A stretch of 36,284 nucleotides of DNA from Magnetospirillum sp. Its GTDB lineage: Bacteria; Pseudomonadota; Alphaproteobacteria; Rhodospirillales; Magnetospirillaceae. Each line of letters begins with the position of its first letter. Position 1 is the stretch's first letter. Made by a program: the position numbers and the translations under genes. The notes under the pieces are model-generated. The model saw nothing but the letters and a program-made list of their open reading frames with translations. It was not told the origin of the DNA and made no database searches. Where the stretch lies: contig DATJKV010000165.1 of the NCBI GenBank assembly GCA_035491155.1, positions 1 through 36,284 on the forward strand, given 5' to 3'. This document shows positions 27,380 to 34,617 of this stretch, in pieces.

Positions 27380-28357
27380 ATGACCCACCAATCGGTCCGG
27401 CAATCGGCTGAAGGCAGCCACGGCATCGGCTGGCGCGCGCGGCTGGTGCCAGTGTGGCCCATCGTGCTGGTGGTGCTGATGGTGCTTGCCGTGGACCGGT
27501 TGCTGTGGTGGGCCATGGACCCGACCTTGTCGTGGCCCGAGGTGGACGCCCAGGTCGCCGGCCTGGCACCCGACCGTCCGGTGCTGGCGGTGATCGGCTC
27601 GTCGCGCAGCTATATGGGCCTGCCGCGCGAGCTGTTGGCCAAGGAGCTGGCGGCGCGCGGGCTGCCCCACCAAGAGGTGAACCTGTCGATTACCGGCGGC
27701 GGTACGCCGTCCCTGGCGCTGGCCATTCTCGCCGACCACACCCGCCTGCTGCGGTCCCTGCCCCCGGGCAGCAAGGTGGTCTATGTTTTCTCGCCGTTCG
27801 AGATGAACTTCCTGCAGCGGCGGCGCATGCTGTCGCTGCCGACGGGGGCCGAAATGATGTCGCGCTTCGGCATGGTGGATGCCGACGGCTGGGCCTTCCG
27901 GCTGCGTGATATTTCGGGGTTCGCCCGCCTGGCGCTGAACGACGCCTGGATGGATTGGCCCTATCCTTTCAACCGCATCATGGAGGCGTCCATCCAGCCC
28001 ATGCTGCTGAAGGACGCCACTCATGGCTGCAACGCTGCGGGCCTGGCCAATTACCAGCTTCTGCCCGTCAATCGCTGGGCCATGGAGCGTCTGGCCGAAA
28101 CCCTGGGGCCGGACCTGATCGTCGTCTTCCCGCCGCTCAGCGACCGCCAGCAGGCGGTGGACCGCGATGCCGGCATCCTTCCCGTCGCCATGCCCTGGTT
28201 GGACTCCTATGCCCAGGCCCATGGCCTGCGCTTCGATCCTGGTTTCGGTGACCGGTTGAACCTGCCGCGTGAGGCCTTCGCAACCGATTGCGACCATCTG
28301 CACCGCAGCGAGGACAAGGAAGTTTTCGCAAAGGCGGTGGTGGACCTGCTGCGATGA
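27380..28357 (+). CDS. Membrane-anchored SGNH-like protein (partner of second MBOAT)
   Basis: N-terminal TM helix, VIGSSRS and FATDCDHL (DxxH); its stop overlaps the MBOAT ATG. Start 27374 (GTG) or 27380. Confidence 0.65.
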   Translation: MTHQSVRQSAEGSHGIGWRARLVPVWPIVLVVLMVLAVDRLLWWAMDPTLSWPEVDAQVAGLAPDRPVLAVIGSSRSYMGLPRELLAKELAARGLPHQEVNLSITGGGTPSLALAILADHTRLLRSLPPGSKVVYVFSPFEMNFLQRRRMLSLPTGAEMMSRFGMVDADGWAFRLRDISGFARLALNDAWMDWPYPFNRIMEASIQPMLLKDATHGCNAAGLANYQLLPVNRWAMERLAETLGPDLIVVFPPLSDRQQAVDRDAGILPVAMPWLDSYAQAHGLRFDPGFGDRLNLPREAFATDCDHLHRSEDKEVFAKAVVDLLR

Positions 28358-29766
28358 ACTTCGATTCCATCCAATATCTGGGATTGCTGGGCGCCGCGCT
28401 GGTGGCCATGCGGCTGCTGCCCAGCGACCGGTTGCGCCACCTCGTGCTGCTGCTGGCTTCCTACGGCTTTTATGCCGCGTGGGATTGGCGCCTGCTCGGG
28501 TTGGTGCTGCTGGTGACCGGGATCAGCTTTGTCGGCGGCACGGTGGTCGAGGCCCATCGCGCCCAGGGGCGGGGCAACGGTGCGCTGACCCTGATTATCG
28601 GCCTGTTGTTGCTGCCATTGGCGCTGTTCAAGTATTTCGACTTCTTCTCCGCCAGCCTGGCCCAGCTCGCCGGGCGGCTGGGCTGGCATATGGATGCTGT
28701 CACGCTGGGGCTGTTGCTGCCCATCGGCATCTCGTTCTACACCTTCCACGCCATCAGCTACGTCGCCGACATCCACGCCGGCCGGCTGTCGGCGGAACGC
28801 AGCGCCATCCGCTATGGCCTGTACATCTGCTTCTTTCCCCAGCTGATCGCCGGCCCCATCGTGCGCTCCACCGATTTCCTGCCCCAGCTGCACCGGCCGT
28901 GGCAGGCTCCCGGCAGCGCCGAGATCGCCGGCCACCTGGCCCGCTTTCTGTGGGGCATGGCCAAGAAGGTGCTGATCGCCGACCGCCTGGCTGCCGCTAT
29001 CGTCGATCCCGCCTTCGCTGACCCCTCGGCCATCGACGCCCTGACGGCGGCGCTGGCGGCGATCGGCTTCACGCTGATGATTTATGCGGACTTCTCGGGC
29101 TACAGCGACATGGCCATCGCCTCGGCCGGGCTGCTGGGGTACCGCTTCAAGGAAAACTTCAACGCTCCCTATCTGGCCGCCAGCGTGCGGGAATTCTGGC
29201 GCCGCTGGCACATCTCGCTGTCCAGTTGGATCCGCGACTACGTCTACATCGCCATGGGCGGCAACCGCTCGCCGGGCCGCGTGCGCCCGGTTGTCAACCT
29301 GGCCGTTTCCATGTTCTTGTGCGGCCTGTGGCACGGTGCCGCCTGGACCTACGTGTTGTGGGGCCTGTGGCACGGTGCCGCCTTAGGAATCGAGCGCCTG
29401 CGGGGCAAGCGCGAGCTGGCCTCGCTGCCGGCTCGGCTGGCTGGCTGGCTGGTGACCATGGCGGTGGTGGTATTGGGCTGGATCCTGTTCCGGGCGCGCG
29501 ACTTGGAGCAGGCGGGCCAGTTCCTGGGCGCCTTCGTTGATCCGGGGCGGCCGCACGCTCCGTTCCAGTTCGCATTGTGGACGGTGCTGGGCATGGCGGG
29601 GCTGGTGGTCGCCGCCGAGCATCTGGTCCTGGATCGGCGGGCGGCCGAGCCGGCGGGCGGGGTGATGGCTTTGCGGCTGGGGGCCGCCTGTGCCCTGGCC
29701 GTCGTAATCCTGTTCCTCGGCAGCCCCAACATCGGCGGCCGCAACTTCATCTATTTCCAGTTCTGA
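28354..29766 (+). CDS. MBOAT family O-acyltransferase (AlgI/PatA/DltB-like), second copy
   Basis: MNFDS, LPIGISFYTF, FFPQLIAGPI, DFSGYSDMA, FWRRWHISLS and GLWHGA; C-terminus FIYFQF. Confidence 0.93.
   Translation: MNFDSIQYLGLLGAALVAMRLLPSDRLRHLVLLLASYGFYAAWDWRLLGLVLLVTGISFVGGTVVEAHRAQGRGNGALTLIIGLLLLPLALFKYFDFFSASLAQLAGRLGWHMDAVTLGLLLPIGISFYTFHAISYVADIHAGRLSAERSAIRYGLYICFFPQLIAGPIVRSTDFLPQLHRPWQAPGSAEIAGHLARFLWGMAKKVLIADRLAAAIVDPAFADPSAIDALTAALAAIGFTLMIYADFSGYSDMAIASAGLLGYRFKENFNAPYLAASVREFWRRWHISLSSWIRDYVYIAMGGNRSPGRVRPVVNLAVSMFLCGLWHGAAWTYVLWGLWHGAALGIERLRGKRELASLPARLAGWLVTMAVVVLGWILFRARDLEQAGQFLGAFVDPGRPHAPFQFALWTVLGMAGLVVAAEHLVLDRRAAEPAGGVMALRLGAACALAVVILFLGSPNIGGRNFIYFQF
29323..29383 (+). 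repeat. Exact 22-bp direct repeat, 39-bp period, inside the MBOAT active-site region
   Basis: GGCCTGTGGCACGGTGCCGCCT at 29323-29344 and 29362-29383, encoding GLWHGAA twice. Confidence 0.85.
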
Positions 29767-29776
29767 CGGGTGCAGC

Positions 29777-30832
29777 ATGAGCGCGACGGGTGAAAAATTG
29801 CGGGTCGGTATCGCCGGCTATGGGGTGGTGGGAAAGCGCCGCCGCCAGTTCATCGACCAGCATCCCGCCCTGGTAACCGTGGCGGTGGCCGACCGCGCCT
29901 TCTCCGCGGATGGCGTGCTGCCCGACGGTGTGCGCCACTACACCAATTCACTGGACCTGCTGTCGCGGGAACAGCTGGACGTGCTGTTCGTCTGCCTGAC
30001 CAACGATGTTGCCGCCGAGATCACCATCGCCGGCCTGGAAAAGGGCCTGCATGTCTTTTGCGAGAAGCCGCCGGGGCGCGACGTGAGCGACATCGCCAAG
30101 GTTATGGCGGCCGAGGCGCATCATCCCGATCTCAAGCTCAAATACGGCTTCAATCACCGCTACCATGATTCGGTGCGTGACGCGCTCGCCCTGGTGCGCA
30201 GTGGTCAGTTGGGCCGCATCGTCGACCTGCGCGGCGTCTACGGCAAGTCTGCCATCATCTCGTTCGGCCAGAGCGACTGGCGTTCCAAGCGCGGCGTCGC
30301 CGGCGGCGGCATCCTGCTGGACCAGGGCATCCATATGGTGGACTTGATGCGGTTGTTCGCCGGCGAGTTCACAGACGTCCAGGCGGTGATCAGCAACCGC
30401 TTCTGGGGCCATGACGTCGAGGATAACGCCTATGCCCTGATGCGGACGGCGGATGGCGTGGTGGCCATGCTGCACAGCTCGGCTACCCAGTGGCGCCACC
30501 GCTTCCAGTTGGACATCGCGCTGGAGAAGGGCGCCATCACCCTGGCCGGCATCCTGTCCGGCTCGAAGAGCTATGGTGCCGAGACCATGACCGTGGCCTG
30601 GGCCACCGAGGGCGATGCGGGCGACCCGCGCGAGCAGACCACCCGCTACAACCAGGACCCCAGCTGGGCCGACGAGATCGCCGACTTCGCGGGTTGCATC
30701 TTGACCAGTCGCCCCGTCACCGAAGGCTCGTCCGCCGAAGCCTATGCCACCATGCGCCTGGTCTACCGCATCTACTGCGCCGACCCCGAATGGCGCCGGC
30801 GGTGGAACCTGAACGTGCCGGAGCAGGAGTGA
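29777..30832 (+). CDS. Gfo/Idh/MocA family oxidoreductase
   Basis: GIAGYGVVG, HVFCEKPP, GFNHRY and GGGILLDQGIH. Confidence 0.92.
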   Translation: MSATGEKLRVGIAGYGVVGKRRRQFIDQHPALVTVAVADRAFSADGVLPDGVRHYTNSLDLLSREQLDVLFVCLTNDVAAEITIAGLEKGLHVFCEKPPGRDVSDIAKVMAAEAHHPDLKLKYGFNHRYHDSVRDALALVRSGQLGRIVDLRGVYGKSAIISFGQSDWRSKRGVAGGGILLDQGIHMVDLMRLFAGEFTDVQAVISNRFWGHDVEDNAYALMRTADGVVAMLHSSATQWRHRFQLDIALEKGAITLAGILSGSKSYGAETMTVAWATEGDAGDPREQTTRYNQDPSWADEIADFAGCILTSRPVTEGSSAEAYATMRLVYRIYCADPEWRRRWNLNVPEQE

Positions 30833-30836
30833 GGCC

Positions 30837-31547
30837 ATGCTGAATGGCAAGCGCGCGCTGGTAACCGGCGGCACCCGAGGCATCGGCCGGCGTATCGCCG
30901 AGCTGTTGGTCGAGAAGGGCGCCCAGGTTACCGTCACCGGCACTCGCCCCGACGGCAAGCCGCCCGTCGGCTGCGCCTTCCAGGCGGTCGATTTCGCCGA
31001 CCGCGACGCCATCCTGGCCTTTGCCGCCCGGGTGCGCGAGGAGGCCCCGGACATCCTGGTCAACAACGCGGGCATCAACCGCGTCGCCCCCTTCGCCACG
31101 CTTCCCGTCGAGGATTTCGAGCTGGTTCAGCGGGTCAACGTGCTGGCGCCCTTCGCGCTGTGCCAGGCGGTGCTGCCGGCCATGGCGGCAAGGCGCTGGG
31201 GCCGCATCGTCAACATCAGCTCCATCTGGGGCAAGATCAGCAAGGAACACCGCGCCGCCTACTCCACCAGCAAGTTCGGCCTGGACGGCATGACCGCCGC
31301 CCTGGCGGCCGAGGCCGCAGCTGACGGTGTGCTGGCCAATTGCGTGGCTCCCGGCTTCATCGACACCGAACTGACCCGCAATGTGCTGGGCGACGCCGGT
31401 ATCGCCGAGCTGACCGCCAAGGTGCCGGCGCGGCGCCTGGGCACGGTGGACGAGGTGGCCGCCTTCGTGGTCTGGCTCGCCGGCCCGGAGAACACCTTCA
31501 TCAGCGGGCAGAACATCGCTATCGACGGAGGCTTCACTCGTGTCTGA
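30837..31547 (+). CDS. Short-chain dehydrogenase/reductase (FabG-like SDR)
   Basis: TGGTRGIG, NNAG, NISS, YSTSK, PGFIDT and DGGF; GAGG RBS. Confidence 0.93.
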   Translation: MLNGKRALVTGGTRGIGRRIAELLVEKGAQVTVTGTRPDGKPPVGCAFQAVDFADRDAILAFAARVREEAPDILVNNAGINRVAPFATLPVEDFELVQRVNVLAPFALCQAVLPAMAARRWGRIVNISSIWGKISKEHRAAYSTSKFGLDGMTAALAAEAAADGVLANCVAPGFIDTELTRNVLGDAGIAELTAKVPARRLGTVDEVAAFVVWLAGPENTFISGQNIAIDGGFTRV

Positions 31548-32607
31548 CGCCATGATGGTCATCCAGTCTCACAAGGGCCCCTATCAGGTCCATATGAATG
31601 CCGGCCTGCCGGCGGAGCTTGCCCAGGGCAAGGCCCAGTTCCTCATCGACCGCAACGTCGCCGCCCTGCATGCAGACCGGCTGGCGTCGCCGCTGGCTTC
31701 GGGCCGGGTGCTGCTGATCGACGCCACCGAGGAGAACAAGTCCATCGAGGCCATGCCGGCCTACATCGACCATCTGGCGGCGGCGGGAATCAAGCGCGAC
31801 CACCTCCTGGTGGCGGTGGGCGGCGGCATCGTCCAGGACATCACCTGTTTCCTGGCGGCCAATATGTTCCGTGGCATGGACTGGGTGTTCGCCCCCACCA
31901 CCCTGCTGGCCCAGTGTGATTCGTGCATCGGCTCGAAAAGCTCGATCAACGCGGGTGGAGCCAAGAACCTGCTGGGCACCTTCACTCCGTCGCGCCAGGT
32001 GTTCATCGACCCCGGCTACTTGGATACGCTGGATGTGCGTGAAATCCGCTCGGGTGTGGGCGAGATGCTGAAGGTGCACGCCATCGCCGGTCCCGAGCAC
32101 TTCGCCCAGATCGCCGCTGCCTTCGAGCAATTGTTTACCGACCGTGCCGTGCTGGCCCGTTTCATTCGCCGCTCGCTGGAGGTCAAGCAGGCCTACATCG
32201 AGCAGGACGAGTTCGACCGCGGCATCCGCAACATCTTCAATTACGGTCACACCACCGGCCATGCCATCGAGGCCGCGACCCATTTCGGCATCCCCCACGG
32301 CATTGCCGTGGCCATGGGAATGGACTTGGCCAACCACATCGCCCGCCGGTCTGGGGTAACTCCGGACACGGTGTTCCAGTCCATGCATCCCACGCTGCGC
32401 CGCGCCTATGCCGGCTATGAGGACTTTGAGGTACCGCTGGAGGCCTTCTTCGCCGCTGCCGCCAAGGACAAGAAGAACGAGACGGGCGGCCAGGTGGCGT
32501 TCATCCTGCCCGATGCCCAGGCGCGCATCGTCAAGCACCCGCTGCCGGTAACGGACCAATTGCGGGCCGCAGTAGCCGAGTTCTTCGCCGAAGTGAGGCG
32601 GGACTAG
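31540..32607 (+). CDS. AroB-related sugar-phosphate cyclase (3-dehydroquinate synthase superfamily)
   Basis: GGGIVQD, PTTLLAQCDSCIGSKSSIN, KNLLG, GEMLK, FNYGHTTGHAIE and PHGIAV. Confidence 0.88.
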   Translation: MSDAMMVIQSHKGPYQVHMNAGLPAELAQGKAQFLIDRNVAALHADRLASPLASGRVLLIDATEENKSIEAMPAYIDHLAAAGIKRDHLLVAVGGGIVQDITCFLAANMFRGMDWVFAPTTLLAQCDSCIGSKSSINAGGAKNLLGTFTPSRQVFIDPGYLDTLDVREIRSGVGEMLKVHAIAGPEHFAQIAAAFEQLFTDRAVLARFIRRSLEVKQAYIEQDEFDRGIRNIFNYGHTTGHAIEAATHFGIPHGIAVAMGMDLANHIARRSGVTPDTVFQSMHPTLRRAYAGYEDFEVPLEAFFAAAAKDKKNETGGQVAFILPDAQARIVKHPLPVTDQLRAAVAEFFAEVRRD

Positions 32608-33518
32608 CCGGCCTTACGGGCCGAGACGTACCAGTTCCAGCCCATCAGCGGGCCCAGTTTGGTCTCGGACGGCGACCACATGGGCCAGGGCTCGCCGTAG
32701 ACCAGCACGCCGCCGGGGTGCTCGCCATGCTTGCGGCGAAGGTGTTCGCGCACGCGGCTGCCGAAAAGCGGGAACAGGTACCAATAGAATTCGTGCTTGC
32801 GCAAAGTGACGTCGCGGAAGGCGGCGAACAGCCGCTGCATCTCACCCTTGGAATAGCAGCGGGTGATGGGGTTGGCGACGGTCTGGCGCTTTTTGCCGCC
32901 CCATTCGGTGACCTTGCCCACCCAGTTGCGGCCGCGCAGGAAGGCGCCGCGCAGCAGACCGGTGAACAGCACCAAGTTGACCCAGTAATGCCAGGAATCC
33001 TTGCAGTACAGCATGATGACCGCCTGGCCGCCGGGCTTGAGCACTCGGTGCACCTCGGCGATGGCGCGCTCGGTGTCATGAGTGTGGTGCAGCACGCCGT
33101 TGGAATAGACGATGTCGAAGGTGTTGTCGGCGAAAGGCAGGTTCTCGGCGTCGCCCTGCAGTGCGGCGCAGTCCTGTGCCACCTCGCCCATAAGAGCGAA
33201 CTTGCGCTGGGTCGAGCGGGCGCGGTCGAAAGTGACGTCGATGCTCGTCATGATGGCGCCGTGCTTGGCCAGCAGAGCGGAATGCCCGCCGGCGCCGGGG
33301 CCCACCTCCAGCACCCGCTTGCCCTTGAGTTGGGACAAGTCCAACTCCACCGTCGCCATGTGCTGGCGCAGATGGAACATGTCCTCGAGATCGTCGACGG
33401 CCTTCAGCAGGCTGTCGCGGCTGAGGTTGGCATCAACGTCTTCGTAAAGGGATTCATAAAGCGACTTCCAGAAGCGCTGGATGTCCGTCTTGCCCGCCGA
33501 TCCCGAACTGCCTACCAT
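32604..33518 (-). CDS. Class I SAM-dependent methyltransferase
   Basis: VLEVGPGAG, GDAENLPFADNTFDIVYSNGVLHH and VLKPGG. ATG 33518 preferred because the longer frame overlaps the divergent gene. Confidence 0.9.
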   Translation of the reverse strand: MVGSSGSAGKTDIQRFWKSLYESLYEDVDANLSRDSLLKAVDDLEDMFHLRQHMATVELDLSQLKGKRVLEVGPGAGGHSALLAKHGAIMTSIDVTFDRARSTQRKFALMGEVAQDCAALQGDAENLPFADNTFDIVYSNGVLHHTHDTERAIAEVHRVLKPGGQAVIMLYCKDSWHYWVNLVLFTGLLRGAFLRGRNWVGKVTEWGGKKRQTVANPITRCYSKGEMQRLFAAFRDVTLRKHEFYWYLFPLFGSRVREHLRRKHGEHPGGVLVYGEPWPMWSPSETKLGPLMGWNWYVSARKAG

Positions 33519-33619
33519 TTGCTCGACCGCCAGAAAAACCTTGTTGGCAAAGGCGGCCAAGACTACACATTGACCCCACTCAGCGCAATCAATTCGCCCT
33601 GAAAGCGGCTGCCTTCGCC

Positions 33620-34612
33620 TTGACCAATCCCGTCCGCATTGCCGTCGCCTCGCGCTCGTTCTCGCGCCATCCGATCCTGCGTGCCGAACTGCTGGCCCGC
33701 TACCCATCGATCACCTTCAACGAAAGCGGGCGCAGCCTGGCCGGCGACGAACTGGCTGCGTTCCTCAAGGGTCACGACGCCGCTATCACCGCGCTGGAAA
33801 CCATCGACGAAAAGCTGCTGGATCGTTGCCCCGAGCTCCAGCTCATCAGCAAGTACGGCGTCGGGCTGGACATGCTAGACCTGCCGCTGCTGTCGCGGCG
33901 TGGCATCCGTCTGGGCTGGACTGGCGGCGTCAACCGCCGTTCGGTGGCCGAACTGGTTATCGCCATGGCCATCTCGCTGCTGCGCCATGTGCCGCAGGGC
34001 AACGCCGAGGTGCGCGCCGGCCAGTGGCGCCAGCTCATGGGCCGCCACCTGTCCGAGCGCACCGTGGGCATCGTCGGCTGCGGCCATGTGGGCAAGGACC
34101 TGGCCCAACTCTTGCGCGCCTTCGGCTGCACCCTGCTAGCCCATGACATCCGCCATTTCCCCGATTTCTACGCTGCCAATGGCATCGAGGCGGTGGGGCT
34201 GGACGAACTGCTGGCGCGTGCCGACGTGGTGACGCTGCACCTGCCGCTGGATCATACCACCCGCAACATCCTGTCGGCCGAGCGTCTGGCGCTGATGCGC
34301 CCCGACGCCATCCTGGTCAACGCCGCGCGCGGCGGGCTGGTGGACGAGGCGGCCATGAAGCGCATGCTGATGGACGGCCGCCTGGCTGGCGCCGCCTTCG
34401 ACGTGTTCGCCGGCGAGCCGCCCACCGATCTGGAGCTGCTGCGTCTGCCCAATTTCCTTGCCACTCCCCACATCGGCGGCAGCGCCGAGGAGGCGGTGGT
34501 GGCCATGGGCCGCGCCGCCATCGACGGGCTTGTCACCGCGAGCGTGCCCGAGCCCGCCAGCGAGGTCTGGCGCGCCGCCGGGGCGGTCGGGGCCGGGGCG
34601 ATCGGGGGCTGA
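33620..34612 (+). CDS. D-isomer-specific 2-hydroxyacid dehydrogenase (phosphoglycerate dehydrogenase-like)
   Basis: SKYGVGLD, SVAEL, GIVGCGHVG, VNAARG, DVFAGEP and TPHIGG; TTG start, no ACT domain. Confidence 0.92.
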   Translation: MTNPVRIAVASRSFSRHPILRAELLARYPSITFNESGRSLAGDELAAFLKGHDAAITALETIDEKLLDRCPELQLISKYGVGLDMLDLPLLSRRGIRLGWTGGVNRRSVAELVIAMAISLLRHVPQGNAEVRAGQWRQLMGRHLSERTVGIVGCGHVGKDLAQLLRAFGCTLLAHDIRHFPDFYAANGIEAVGLDELLARADVVTLHLPLDHTTRNILSAERLALMRPDAILVNAARGGLVDEAAMKRMLMDGRLAGAAFDVFAGEPPTDLELLRLPNFLATPHIGGSAEEAVVAMGRAAIDGLVTASVPEPASEVWRAAGAVGAGAIGG

Positions 34613-34617
34613 GGCCG

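Noticed and set aside
31540-34612. Housekeeping aroB and serA
   Set aside because: No aroK or ser context, divergent cyclase motifs, no ACT domain on the dehydrogenase, and both sit in a glycan locus. Gene symbols withheld.
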